Below are positions 12,788 through 25,526 of a stretch of 64,000 nt of DNA, one piece after another. The translations under genes were made by a program, and so were the position numbers. Under the pieces are notes generated by a model. The model saw nothing but the letters and a program-made list of their open reading frames with translations. It did not search any database and had not been told where the DNA came from. Position 1 is the stretch's first letter, and each line of letters begins with the position of its first letter. The DNA comes from Callorhinchus milii (taxonomy: Eukaryota), in contig NW_024704742.1 of assembly GCF_018977255.1 (NCBI RefSeq), forward strand, positions 60,638,001 through 60,702,000, read 5' to 3'.

Positions 12788-12922
12788 TCACCCTCTGAAT
12801 GAGCCACAGAAACCAATGTTGACTGCATCCCCGCACACTGGCATTCACAGAACTCAGTTCTGTTTGGAACATCAAGAGGCTGTGAGGAGGAGGAGAAGGA
12901 GTTTATTTGGTTTTGAACCAAG
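12788..12922 (+). CDS. Candidate symmetric coding exon (135 nt, phase 2 to 2; HPLNEPQKPMLTASPHTGIHRTQFCLEHQEAVRRRRRSLFGFEP), product unknown
   Basis: Acceptor catcttttatatag, good donor AAG|gtaatc, only one open frame, length divisible by 3, non-repetitive. Confidence 0.45.
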
Positions 12923-13054
12923 GTAATCATTACATTTGATGTAATGTGCCTAACTCTGGAACTCTCTGTCCCTCTCCCTCTGCTTCGCCCTCTCTATCTA
13001 TCTTTAAATCCCAACATCAAACCAATGGTCACCTCCCCTGTCACTTTGCTCGGC

Positions 13055-13312
13055 GGTGCCAAATGAAGTATGTTTGGATTTGATGTATCATTGCACTATA
13101 ATGTGGCCGACATTCTGTTCCTTTCATGACCTCATTAGTCCTTTACTGCTACAGTACGATGTTTTGTTAACTTCAATGGGTCAAGTGACCGATTTCCACT
13201 TGTTGTTACACTAACTGAATTATTTCAAATGACATCAGATTCAATGTCGTACTGCAACAGTATGTTAAGATACATCAGACCCAAAATATTTAGCTTTGAT
13301 GGTTTGACACTA
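13055..13312. repeat. Degenerate palindrome (~255 bp) with internal bulge
   Basis: tttggatttgatgtatc/gatacatcagacccaaa and tactgctacagtacgatgtt/aatgtcgtactgcaacagta pair. Confidence 0.65.
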
Positions 13313-13884
13313 AATTGATGTGGTTACTGGCACAAAAACAGCCAAAATGCCTTTATGCATGATATACTAAACATCTTGCTCGCAGACTGTCTTTATTCTG
13401 TCAAATTAAACTTAAAAAGTGTTTAAAACTGTGGTTCAAAGTTGGTGGGTGCTTGAGGTTGGAATTACTTTTTAAAGGACAATCATAGCCTCTATTTAAT
13501 GTAAATGCCTCAATTATTTGTTAATTACAGTTTGCGTAACTTAGTTTTGAGGGTTTTCCAGGTTTTATTATGGTGAAGTACTAGATGGGGGTAGTGCTTG
13601 GACAATTCAACCTTGTTTAAACCATTTGGATTTAATTTCTTGTTGGCCGAAAGCCTAGCAAAGTTGTCCATTTGAATTCTCTTTATGATGCTATTTGGCT
13701 TTACTCGTCACTGACAGATAGCCTTATTTTAATGATAACAATCCTTGCATTTGATACAGTGCATTTTATGTCAGGGGGACATCTCAAACCATTTCACAGG
13801 ATTTACTGGTGAAGTGTAGTGACTGTGTATTTTGTAGGCGAACACAGAAATCATTTTTTGTAAAATCTCACAAAAAGTCATAGA

Positions 13885-14075
13885 ATAATAATAATCGTTG
13901 CATTTCATATAGCACTTTTCATGTCTTCTTAAACGTCTCAAAGCGCTTCACACAATATACTGTAAAGTGAATTGACTGTATATTTGTGGGTGAAATGCAG
14001 CAGCCAATTGCGCGCAGCAGTGTCCCACAAACAGTTGTGGATGAGTGACCAAATTACTATTGTTTTTTTTTGAAG
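13885..14075 (-). mobile_element. Family A SINE 3' half
   Basis: Reverse complement of cagccaattgcgcgcagcagtgtcccacaaacag with an (ATT)n tail. Confidence 0.85.
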
Positions 14076-14307
14076 GATCATTGTGTGTAAATTCTAATGA
14101 GTGGAGTTTCACTCAAAGAGGGAACTTCCACAATACAGAGAGAGGATCTAAACAGAAGCCACCAAGTACACCAGCGCCTTGTCATAACCTGAGTATACAA
14201 TTAAGCCTGAAAACCATCGCACCCCCAGCACTACATTGGAGTGTCATCCTAGACTATATTAATTAAAAATCCCAACATTGGGCTTGAATGCACTCAGGAA
14301 AGTATAA

Positions 14308-14765
14308 CTCAACAAGAAATTGCATTTATATAGCGCCTTTCACATTTGGAGAATATCCCAAGTCGATGGCCAGTCGAGGGTTTGCAGCTGAGCTGGGGGT
14401 TGAATTCGGAAGGGATGGGAGTCAGGGAGATAGTGTTTGTGTGGGTGGTGGGGGGAGGGAGGAGATAACTGGAGTCAAAGAGGAAGGTCTTGAAGGAGGC
14501 GAGCGAAGGGCAAGATGAAAACCCTTTGGGATGGACTTCCAAAGAGTGAAGGCAGATTGTCTGAAAGCCTAATGGTGGGCAGGCAGGGTGGGGGACATGA
14601 AGCAGGCACTGCCGCTGAGAGGAGACAGCAGGCGGGTTGGTAGGGTTTAAGAAGGTCACAGAGCTAGGGTGGGGCAAGACAGTGGAGGGAATTGAAAGTG
14701 AAGATGAGGATCTTGAACTTAATCCTGGAGGATATGTATGGAGGCAGTGGAAGCCAGTCCTGATA
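14308..14765 (-). mobile_element. L2 LINE 3' fragment
   Basis: Reverse complement resembles 9250-9710 (SLASFK remnant, 3' UTR and tail). Confidence 0.85.
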
Positions 14766-15596
14766 AATGTCCTGATATTGTTTTCTGCAACCATGAACCT
14801 TAGCCATCATGTCCTGTTGCCTTGACAAGTCTGTAAATATTGTTCTGGGTTTACTTTCTCAATCCCATTTACCATCTCCACAAGATCTCTGATGAGACAT
14901 CTCCCTTCAAGGTTAAAGAGTCTTGTCTTATCTAGTCGTTCCTAATGATTCATGTTCTAATGTTGGGGATTAGCTTCACTGCTGCTTTCTGCACTGCCTC
15001 CAGGGCCTCAGGAAAGAAAATATCTGAAATTGAAATATTATTTTGCTCCATTTTATTGATGAGGATACAACCAGAATGAAATGTGCTTGGAAAACAGGAA
15101 ACAAAGAGGAAGAGGAGGGGAAAATTACTTGGCACCATAACTGCCTTCCAAAAAATTTGATGCTATACAATGATACATCAAATGCTCCATTACCTCTGAA
15201 TGATGCCTTACTTTGACACTTTGAAAACTACTATAGTGTTACACATACGTGTTTTCAGGGTAAGTGCTTTATCTATCAACAAGAAATTGAATGCTATTGA
15301 AACTTCCTTCATTTTTCAATTATTGCCATTCAAAATTTAACCGCAACAACCACTTGCATTTATATAGTGTTGTTCATGCGAGTAGTATCTCAGAGTACTT
15401 AACATCCTCTGAACAACCAAGCAGGATTTTAATTTAATGTCTTATCTGAAGGACAGCATCTCCAACATTGCAATGGGCACTCAATCGCAGGACTGAAGTG
15501 TCAGATTCTACAACGAGTTCAAAATCCTGACGATGGGCTTAAACCTACAATCTTGAGTCTGAGGTAGAATACCAACCACTGGGCCAGGCCATCAAA

Positions 15597-16050
15597 AACA
15601 ACAATAACTTGCATTTTGCTACAGCCCTTCCTGCAGGGTAGAGTCTCGGAGCACTTAACAGTGATGGAGGCTAACACCGAGTCAGGGGAAGGGAAAAGGT
15701 GACCCTGGGTCTTCAGGTTAATCTGAAAAAGGGGAAGGAGGGTTAAAGTGGAGAGATTGAGGGAGAGAGTTCCAAAGTTTCAGGACGTAGTGGCTAAAGG
15801 ACAGCCTTCGATAGTGGAGTGGAGGGGATGGGGGACAAGCAGGAGGCCATAGCCAACCAAGCAGAGGGATTTGCAGATGAATGTGAGGATCTTGAAGTTG
15901 ATCCGTTCTGTGACAGAGAGCCAATGGAGCCTGGCGAGGTTTGGTGTGATGGGGGTACAGAATTTAGAATGGATGACACTGGAGTTCTGGATTAGGTGGA
16001 TTTTGGATATGGAATTCGAGAAAAGTGGTCCTGGTTAGGGAGCAGATATG
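15597..16050 (-). mobile_element. L2 LINE 3' fragment (older)
   Basis: Minus-strand remnant ...LSFSHYVLKLWNSLPQSLH and an L2-type tail. Confidence 0.75.
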
Positions 16051-16179
16051 GGGTATCTTTCCCCTCCACTCTTTCCTCTCCATTCTGTTTACACACTCTG
16101 ACAACTTGCACGAATCATAATTTGCCAAAGGTTTGCTATAAGAGGTTCCCTTGCTGTCATGGATAGTACATGTCACGTG

Positions 16180-16430
16180 GAATTACAAAGACAGTACAGC
16201 ATGAAAGCAGACCTTTAGACCTCGTAGTCTGTGCCGGTGTTTATACTTCACATGAACCTCCACCTCTCCTAATCCCCTCTCCTGTACCCCTCTATTCCTT
16301 TCTCCCTCATATACGCAGCAGGTATCTTCTTAAATACGTCAATGCTTTCTGTTTTACCCACAGTTTTCAGCAGTAAGTTTCACATTATCACCACCCTCTG
16401 CGTAAAGAAGTTCTTCCTAAACTGCCTTTT
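16180..16430 (-). mobile_element. CR1 LINE 3' fragment
   Basis: Reverse complement aggaagaacttctttacgcagagggtggtg (RKNFFTQRVV) and a CR1 3' UTR similar to 37640-37880. Confidence 0.75.
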
Positions 16431-17279
16431 TCGCCAACAAAATTCATTTTACAATGTATGCTGTGAAGCGTTTTGAGATGTCTCAATGACATGATAAGGC
16501 ACTATGTCAAATGCAAGGATTATTATTATTATTTGGATCTGCTCTTAGACCCCCGTTATCTTGAAAGATCAGAAACTCCAGCTCCTGTAGTATATGTCTG
16601 AGGATGTTCTGTGGGTTCCCGTTACAGAGGTAGATCTCTCACTTTACGGTAATATCTAAGAAAGCAAAGAGAAATTTCCTCAAATGTGGAGAGAGTGCCA
16701 ACGGCAGAGATCAGCAGGAGACTCCAGTTGCACTAATAGCAATTGTCAGAAGAAAGAGGGTGGTGGGCAAGGTTCAGCCAATATGGCCGGAAGATTCGAG
16801 AATGAAGGGGAGTTTTGCAGGCATAGAGGGAAAGGGAGAAGCTCACTATTTCATGGAAGTACAATAGAAGGAGGGTATATTCATTATCAAATGCCTGCAT
16901 GGATCAGCCCCACCTTTACACCTGTGATCCCAGGCAAATCTACTACTCTGGCACTCCCACCACTCAGCAAACACCAGACGGTTTCATGTCCAGAGCCCAA
17001 TTCCACTTCATCCTTGATGCACAAGCTTCAGTCATTCTACAACTGCTGCTCCTTGCATCTTGCCCCCTTCCCCCCTCCCTACGTGAGTATTGGAGTGGTC
17101 TTGGCACAGTGATAGCCTTTGAGTTAAGTTGTGGGTTGAAACCCTACATCGAGATTTCATCTCAGCTGACACTCCAATCCAATGCTGGGCATATGTTGCA
17201 TTGTTTTACAACAACAACAACCACTTGCATTTATATAGCATCCTCCACGCAGGGTGGTGTCTTGGAGCGCTTCCATTAG

Positions 17280-17565
17280 GCACCTGGTCTCATTTGCCAT
17301 CCTTCAGATGAGAAGTTAAAACAAGGTCCCATCTGCCTTGTTCAGATGGACATTAAAGATCCCGTGGCAATATTCGAAAAGAGAAAGGAGTTTCTCCTAG
17401 GATCCTGGCCAACAAGCCTCCAAAATGAAATGGTCACTCACTTCATTCTTGCTATGTTCGCCCACATACACGATCATCCATTTGAGGAATAAATCCTGTA
17501 AAGCGCTTTGGGACATCCTGTCAATGTGAAAGGCCCTATACCAAATGCAAGGATTATTTATTATT
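17280..17565 (+). mobile_element. Deu-domain SINE (SacSINE1/AmnSINE1-like), 5'-truncated
   Basis: gccatccttcagatgag...gacattaaagatcccgtggca...tcctggccaaca...aagcgctttgggacatcc. Confidence 0.85.
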
Positions 17566-18104
17566 TCTTTAGATCAAGCAAGAAACAGATTTAAAAGTGA
17601 CAAAGCAAGTAGAGGGATAAAGGCTGGAAGCTTTGAAACGAAACAAGGTTTCTTGGAGACAATAAGAGGAATGGAGCAATGATCTTGTAGACATTGAATG
17701 AGGGTAAGAAACAGATCTGTTCTATTTCATCAAATTAATTTTTATAATTGTAAACACTTATCAGCAACCAAGACATAGGTGGTGATACAGAAAGCCTCTG
17801 AGATATATATTATTACACTACATACTGAGTGACTGATTTCAATTCCCTAGCTCTCGCTCAGGCTAAACCAGGTGGTGTGCAACCTTAACATTTTGGGGTA
17901 TTGTCAAGGTATCTTTAAACTCCCCTAATGAGGTCAGACAGGCAATGCCATAGATACTTTCATCTGTGATAAAAAATTTATGCAAAACTTTTTAAAAAAT
18001 CAGAAAAGTTGATAGATTTTTTTTAGATCAGTTGGAAGCCATCCCTATGCTTAATATCAACCTGGTGTCTGACACATACGGAAACCAGCAGGGTTTCCAT
18101 GGAG

Positions 18105-18436
18105 TTGAACTTCAGGCAAGGGCAAAACCTTAGGCAAGTTTCCTTACTCCACACATCTCTGTTTATCTAGCAGTAAGTAAGAACCTGGCTGTTAGTTGAT
18201 TGGCAGATTGCTTTTAAGGGCATAATAATCCCTTCAAAAATAAATATATAAAAATAGTAATAATTTGGTCATTCAGCCCATGACTGTTTGTGGGGTATAG
18301 CTGTGCAGAAATGGCTGCCACATTTTGCCCACAAAATATACAGTCAATTCACTTTACAGTATATTCTATGAAGCGCTTTGAGACATCTCAACGATATGCT
18401 AAGGTTTTATATCCAATGCAAGGATTATTATTATTA
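18105..18436 (+). mobile_element. Family A SINE (long subfamily, head truncated)
   Basis: aaccttaggcaagtttccttactccacac...tagcagtaagtaagaacctgg..., Deu 3' half and (ATT)n tail. Confidence 0.85.
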
Positions 18437-19250
18437 ACTTGCTCTACGTAAAGTGCTGTGAATGTGTATTTTGTAAGTGAATGAAGCAGGCAATTTGCAC
18501 ACATCGATATACCTAAACAGCCAAATATGGTGCAATTTTGGGGCCCCTGGACTCTCAAACATCGGAAAAAGTATGGGTAATCATGGATTTACTGTGAAAA
18601 ATAGCACAAAATGTTGCCAGATTCTATTGTTATATTTTTCCAGGATCACATTGACAGGTGTTTCCTGTCACATATCCATGAATTACTAATGCCTCACCTC
18701 AAACAACCCATCTTGACAAAACCACTGTTTCACTGACAAACATTATCAGTCAAAAAAAGGACAAGATGGTAGAAAATGTCTAGCTTCCTGAACTGTCATT
18801 AACTTTCAACTCTGCCTGCCATTTCTTTTTTATTGGGGTCATTAGCTATGACACAAGTGGTTGAACTAATAAAGAGGTGTCACTCAGCCACATGCCAACT
18901 GTTTTTACAAATGCTAACATTTCACCAGTTATATTTATCTTAATTAAACCTCTAAGGAGTTTAGTGACACATAGCTTCAGCAGTCAAGTGTGCATTGTTT
19001 ACAACATATAACCATCTCCAGCTGAGGTTTCTACAACACACGACCAGTAGCTAATTGACCAGTGCAGAGTTTTGCATTTAACCTAACAAGCAGGCACAAC
19101 ATGTTCATAACTTTCAAACCTGCAAAGCAGTCATTGTATTTTACAGTAAAACTCCTGTGAAGCATTTTGAGATATCCTTCCAACGTGAAAGGCACTATAT
19201 CAAATTCGATAATAAGAATAGATAAAATAAAATAGATAATATATAGAAAA

Positions 19251-19561
19251 CTAGCTGTACCCATGGTCAGCCAGCGCAGCCACCAGGTGTAACTGTAGTG
19301 TATGCGTACATGCATGGGTGCTCTGTGATGCACGATGCCACAACACTATTTTGATTCGGTGGCCATCAGATGTAAAATGCAGCGAAAAACGCAAAACTGG
19401 AAACAACTCATGAACGATAGGAGATACCCGAAAACAAATATGCCCATGTCACTCCCAGTTACAAGACATTTTTGGTTAGGTATAAATCATGTCTCTACGT
19501 CAATTGGCTATTGAGATCCTTCTTGAAGCGCAGACAGATATTGTTGTTTTATTAGTATACA
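19251..19561 (-). mobile_element. Non-autonomous Helitron (~310 bp)
   Basis: Minus strand starts tgtatactaataaaa...ctgtctg (decayed 5'-TC terminus) and ends with a GC-rich imperfect hairpin then gggtacagCTAG|T; no TSD. Confidence 0.65.
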
Positions 19562-21074
19562 ATAATAAAAAAAGATAATAGATTTTAAATCTTTCTAGAA
19601 AAACTCAATGTTATTTCTGTACAGAGACAATAATGACTTTTGCATGTAGGGCCCCAAATGCTCAACATTGTCAGGGTCCTTCATTTAGGGACAGTTGGGA
19701 TGACCTTTTGAATCTAGAATCAGATTTTCCCCTTAAAAATAGTGGCAACATCCTGCTCACTGTAAGTAGCACAAACTGAACAAGCAGTACTAAAGCAATG
19801 GCACAGCTGCAGAATGTAACCGAAAAGAGTTCCTTTCCTTGGCATGACATAAGATCTTTCATTTATTTTCTCAAATCTATCCATATCAAACAAATAAGAT
19901 TTACTGATCCCTTAGCTGTTGCGTGGTCCTCGTTGTTCAAAGTTTCCCCTGGCACAAACTCAAATATCACTGTTAGTAGAGAGAAAAATGTAATTTGAGT
20001 TTTAAAAATATAGTGGCTGACAACTGAAGGGCTGTAAACTAGGGACTGGCAATAACAGAAAAAACAGAGACCCGAATCCCCAGTTAATAAATCACAAATG
20101 ATGTTAAAGACCAATGTGAAGTTTGTCAAACTGAACTGTGTTTTATTTTTCTTTCTGGTTAAAGGAAGGAATCACCAAATCAGACAGATTTTGAACAGAT
20201 ATTATGAGGTTTACTCTGTGATATTCATAATAATAATTATGTTTGCATTTGATATGGTGCCTTTCACATGAACAGGATGGGGCGGGAAGGGAGTGGTAAG
20301 ATAATAATCCCTGCATTTTCCTTGCATTTGATACATTACTTTGAGAGATAGGTAGGTATTAGGATGTGAAGGGATTTGTAGGTGAGGACAGCACAATTGT
20401 TCATCATTGTACAATTATTCATTGGTCAAGATGCCAATTTCCGATGAGCTGCTGAGTGACTGCCAAACGGACAGATATTAAACATCCAATCAAGCTAGAA
20501 TAACCGAATGTCAGCATCTTAACAATGAATAAATGAGTCTCATTACCCCAATAAAGGGGTCAGCCTGACTCAGTTGGTAGAATTCTCGCCTATGAGTTTG
20601 AAGTTTGTAGTTTCAATCCCTACGTTGGGACTTTGAACTCATGGTCTAGACTCTAGACTGACACTTCATTGCAGTGCTGGTGCTGCATTTTCAGAGGTGA
20701 CGCTGGTCACCTACGACATTCTCCTATCTCTGGTCGGTTTGCCTTTGTTGGTGGTTGTTAAAGATCCCATGGCACCATTCTAAAAGGGAAGTGCATTCCT
20801 TCTGATGTTTTGGACAACAACTCTCCAGAATTGGTCACTAACTTCACGGCTGCTTGTGGAACATTAGACATCCCAATTACGTGATAAGGAACCATGTGGA
20901 ATGTGAGGAATATTATTACAATAACACCAGGGAGGTGGTAACCCAGGTGCTCTAATTGGAACGTTGCCAATGATTGAACAGAAACACAGCAGGGTCCAAT
21001 GTACTGAGTCAGAAGAAGCCTTCATCATTGAGGAGATATTGGATGATATTTCTGAATGGTGGATTGCGATTCCC

Positions 21075-21250
21075 AAATCACCAAAGTTCAGAAAAAGTGC
21101 AGTGAGTGAAATAGAAACTAATTACCAAATGAGCTGTTGTAGGTCTCGGTTGATCTCCAGCCGGGTGCCTTCTTTGGCCGCAATCTGACTTCTCATAAGT
21201 CAGAAATGAGATCTGGAGTTGGTGTGTAATTCTGGCAGAGATGTCTGAGA
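21075..21250 (-). pseudogene. Possible fossil non-LTR retrotransposon ORF2 fragment (KKAPG motif preceding RT)
   Basis: Frameshift-joined EVRLRPKKAPGW/EINRDLQQLIW*LVSISLTALFLN resembles the KxPGxDxIxxxxLxxL...LTxLFN pattern. Confidence 0.35.
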
Positions 21251-22139
21251 TATATTTGATTACGTGTAGGATTAGATTTTTCTGAATATTTTTAGGCATC
21301 TCCCACAATATTAGAATCGACTTTATTAATGAAATAGAGATGGAGTTTCAGAGATCAGGGCAGGATAGCTGAAACCTCGCCCATCAGTAGTGGTGCTGAT
21401 TGGCTGGGGCCAAGCAAAGCGAGTGTCCGGGTCAGTAGGGTTGCAGAAGTAGAGAACATGGAGGAATGCCACACTCGGATTAAGTCAGTCACTGCTAATA
21501 AAGTATTGCTTTCCCATAAGCAGATCTATAAAGTGGATTGAGACTTGCAAATAGCTTCAGCACCAGGTGCAACAACAACCCTTTGTGTGATCAGAACAGC
21601 ACGAATGCTAGTGTAAACTGCACCAGTGCCCAGAGGTAAAAACTGATCCTCCAGTATTTCAGCAAAAATATATCCAGATATTTGTACAGATCTGCTGCAA
21701 ACATCTTATAAGTATCTTATAAAAATTAACTGCTAAGATGCAAAGTAGTCTGTCATCACAATACTACTTAAGACATGCAAGTATTCAGTATTTAAAAAGT
21801 ATTTTTACTACATTTTGAACAAACATTTGACTAATACAGAACCTTTCCAGTTCATTTCCTTTCTTTGATGTCTCTACTTTCGGTTAAACTCACTGAATCA
21901 GTACCTTAGAGGTTTCACGTGGATAATATAGCACGTTTTAGTGGCTAAAATAACACAGTTCTGTTATCTATTGAGTGAGTTGATTCAGTTCAGTTGGAAC
22001 AGCAAACCATAAGATGCCACAGTAAACAAATGTACTGTTATTTTCCTTTAATGTTCAACAGAGTTACCAATGACACAAATCTGAAAGGAAAAATGTTGTG
22101 CTTCTGCTAACTTTTATTTTAGTGAAACTGTAATTGCAC

Positions 22140-22606
22140 TAATAATAATAATAATCCTTGTGATTGATTTAATGCCTTTCAGCACTCTGAGACCCTATTC
22201 TATGTATAGGGTGCTATATAAATGCTGTTTCGTGTATTTCACACAATTTGCTATAATGTGTAGTGACTGCATTTTTCAGACCAACTCGGCAGCCAATTTG
22301 CTCAGAGCAATATCTCACAAACAGCCATGTGAATGATAGGTTTTATCTGTGATTTATGATTCTATAATTCTATGATTGTTGGCCAGGACATTATGAGAAA
22401 CTCCTTATTCTTTTTAATCAGTGTCATAGAATGTTTAACATACACCTGAACCCGCAGATGGGACCTTGGTTTCACTCTCGTCTAAAGGAGGGCACCTCCA
22501 ACAATACAGCAAACCCCCAGCATTGCAATGGAGTGTCGGCCTTGACCTACAGTCTCAAAATCCTTATGTGATCCTTGAACCCACATTCAACGGAGCCAGA
22601 CTGACA
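22140..22606 (-). mobile_element. Deu-domain SINE, near full length
   Basis: Reverse complement has head gtcagtctggctc...gggttcaag, Deu core and an (ATT)n tail. Confidence 0.8.
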
Positions 22607-24039
22607 CAGTATGAGAAGAATATTAAAGGGTAGAGGAAGATAGCAGGAAAGTAGGATTAGACCAGATGATTTATGTGAAAAAATAACAGCACTAATTTGA
22701 TGTGGCCAATGGCTTATTTGCATGTGCTAACATTCTATGATTCTATCTATACATTTTTAACATGAACAGTTCACTTTTCAGTTTTTTTTAAATGGAATTA
22801 TTTATCCGGTATTCCTAAATATTTTCTGAATGGACCTGCTGCAAATAGAATTGCGCCATGGTTGCACCCTGGTAAATTATAATTGTTACATTGTGCACTG
22901 CATTTTTCAGCCAGATAATCATAGCCATATCTAACAGGTAGAGATAATATTAGCCTTTACACCACACAATTTACATTTACAAACACATATGTTTTCTAGA
23001 CATAAGAACTTACACATAAATGTCTTCTGGTGTATTCTAGCAAGTTGTCATATAACTGTCACAGAAATATTAGAAATATCAGTAGCTCTCATTCTCTTTG
23101 CTACAACTGTATGCTTCAAAACTCTGTAGAAACAGCTGGCATAGCCACTTAATATTTTTTAGGTCAGTGTAATAAGGGATATGGGGCAAGGGCGCGTAAC
23201 TGGATGTTAGGTACAGATCAGCCATGATCTTATAAAATGGTGGAACAGGCTTGAGTGGCTGAATAGTTTCTATGTTTCTGATAGTGCGGAACTGCTTGTG
23301 TGGGATTGTAAGGAAGGAAAGTGCTCATACACCACTTTTATAGAGTGTGCTGAATTTTGTTTTGTAAGAACATGCTGACTCTAAGCACAGTTCGAAGAAC
23401 AAAACCGCACAACGAGGTTTGAATGAAAAGATACCAAGGAGCATAGAGATTGTTCCCTTTGTAATATTTTGGTTGATGTGACAGTGCAGCTATAAAGAAA
23501 AGTCTCAAGATGATGCTACAATAGAAAAATCAATGAATTTGGAGATTTAGCCGTGTTGTTTATGTGTTTGATGTGGCAATTAACATAATGAAAGTATTAT
23601 GAAACACAGATAATTTATCACCAAAGCATCTTCTTATATATTCGTACCTGCTGAAACCTGCACTTGTGTGTGTAGCACATACCAACATACGATTGAACAG
23701 ATTGCCAAAACTCACTGTCAAAGCTTACACAAGCTGATGGCATTGTGGTGAGATACTGGTGGGAGCCTGAAGATGAAAGGAAGGAACAATAACAAATTAC
23801 ATTGAAATAGCGCCTTTCATGGGTGGGAACTCTGGCTGATGAGAGGAGGGTGTGGGGAAAGTGAAGACATTGATACAGTAAAAACTTGGAGCACAACACT
23901 TTACACTGGAGTTAGTAATTCATACATTTCAGGATATTTATCTTTTGTAAAGTTAAACACTTAATACCTACACAGAAAGGAAAAGGCTACACTTCTATTA
24001 ACTGATAAAGATCTTCAGCATCAGAGGATTTTGTTAATA

Positions 24040-24300
24040 TAGGGTGATCAAACATCCCCAATTTCCAGTGACAGTCCTCAGATGAGATATTGTGTTTCTG
24101 GACAAATTTGCCCTGTCTTGAGTTAAGCAACAAATTGAGCAGGAACAATAAAATTCTAAAACGGATACACTCATCAGAGAAACACAGCCATTAATCCAAC
24201 AAACTTCAAGAGTACTGCCAGCATCAAGAATTGTGGTGAGTTTAATTTGTTTATATATATATATGTCCCTAGATTTATTTTACAAAATATGGTCACTTTA
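24040..24300. mobile_element. hAT (Blackjack-like) MITE
   Basis: Ends tagggtgatca...tggtcacttta match the TAGGGTGACCA TIR, with subterminal atcccc/gtccc motifs; no TSD detected. Confidence 0.65.
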
Positions 24301-24756
24301 ATAAATAATATCCTCTGTAATAGTGAATAGAGTAATGGGTGTGACCTGCAAACTCACTGTCAGAGTTTACATGTGTGAGATCCCAAAGGATAAAAGAAGC
24401 AGGTGGTTTCATTAGCAGCAAATGTCCTCTGAAATAATGATTGCAGTAACAGTGTGACTTGCAAACGATTCCTATCACTAGTTGGAAAAGGTGTCGTGAG
24501 GGCAGCATTTCAAAGACTTATGTCTGAGAGGAGAGTCTGGTGTAAATGATGTAATTAGTGGAATGTAAAGAAGCTGACATCAGAAACTGAAACAAATTAT
24601 TATCAAGAATTTGATTTGGCAACCAGACATAAACGTGAAGTTAATAGATTAGTTAATGAATGAATGGGAATTACAAAGTAAAGGATGGTAAGTTTTCCAA
24701 TTTTTATTTAAGTTTTAATTTTTTCCCCTTCTGTTGTTCCTCGCATGTTATACCAG

Positions 24757-24817
24757 GAATGAGGGAGCGGATGAGAACACAGCTCCAGATCTCCCCCAAA
24801 CAATGTTCCTGCAGACA
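24757..24817 (+). CDS. Candidate coding exon (phase 2 to 0; NEGADENTAPDLPQTMFLQT), product unknown
   Basis: Long polypyrimidine tract ending ttataccag, donor ACA|gttagt, phase-compatible with 12788-12922. Confidence 0.4.
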
Positions 24818-25169
24818 GTTAGTTTCTCCTCACGGAAGATGGTTGACTGTCTTTCAGTGTCTCTTCACAAAGGCCTAGTTGAGAACAGGAACATAATGCA
24901 CAGTCTCAATCTATTGATTTTGCATTTATTAATAATCCTCATTATAACCCCTTTCATGTCAGTAGGATGTCTCAAAGCGCTTCTCAGGATTTACTCTAAA
25001 ATGTAGTGACTGTATATATTTTGGAGGGGGGGTCGCCAGGTGTCTGACACATGCGAAAACCCATTGCCATGCTTAACAGTATCCAAACCAAAAAGAGAAT
25101 TGCATGCATCCCAACTGCACACGGTAATTCTAGAGAAGAATTGTTGGAACGGAATGCACACTCTCCCTA

Positions 25170-25526
25170 TCATGACTGTATTTTGGGGCCAAATGCAGCA
25201 GCCAATTTATGCACAGAAATGTTCCACAAACAGCTGTAAAATGTTTTCCCAAATTTTATTTGGGGGATTGTTGGCCAGGAGACTGGGAGAAACTCCCTTC
25301 TCTTTTCATGCAGTGCCTTGGGATCTTTAACATCTACCTGAACAGGCAGAATAAGCCTAGGTTTATCGTCTCATCTGAAGGACGGCAGCTCCAACAGTGC
25401 AGCAACACTCCCAGCACTGCATTGGAGTATCAGCCTAGACCTTGAGCGAATAGTTCTGACACAAGGCTTGTACCCACAACCTGCTGACTAAGAGGAAAAA
25501 GTGCTTCCAATGAGCCAAACTGACAC
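25170..25526 (-). mobile_element. Deu-domain SINE, near full length (tail lies beyond a family C fragment at 25030-25170)
   Basis: Reverse complement matches 42133-42480; the tail resumes at 24930-25025. Confidence 0.8.

Noticed and set aside
19863..19969. Minus-strand IFEFVPGETLN resembling a kinase hinge, after an acceptor-like site
   Set aside because: Weak donor, no following kinase motifs and no partner kinase exons found.
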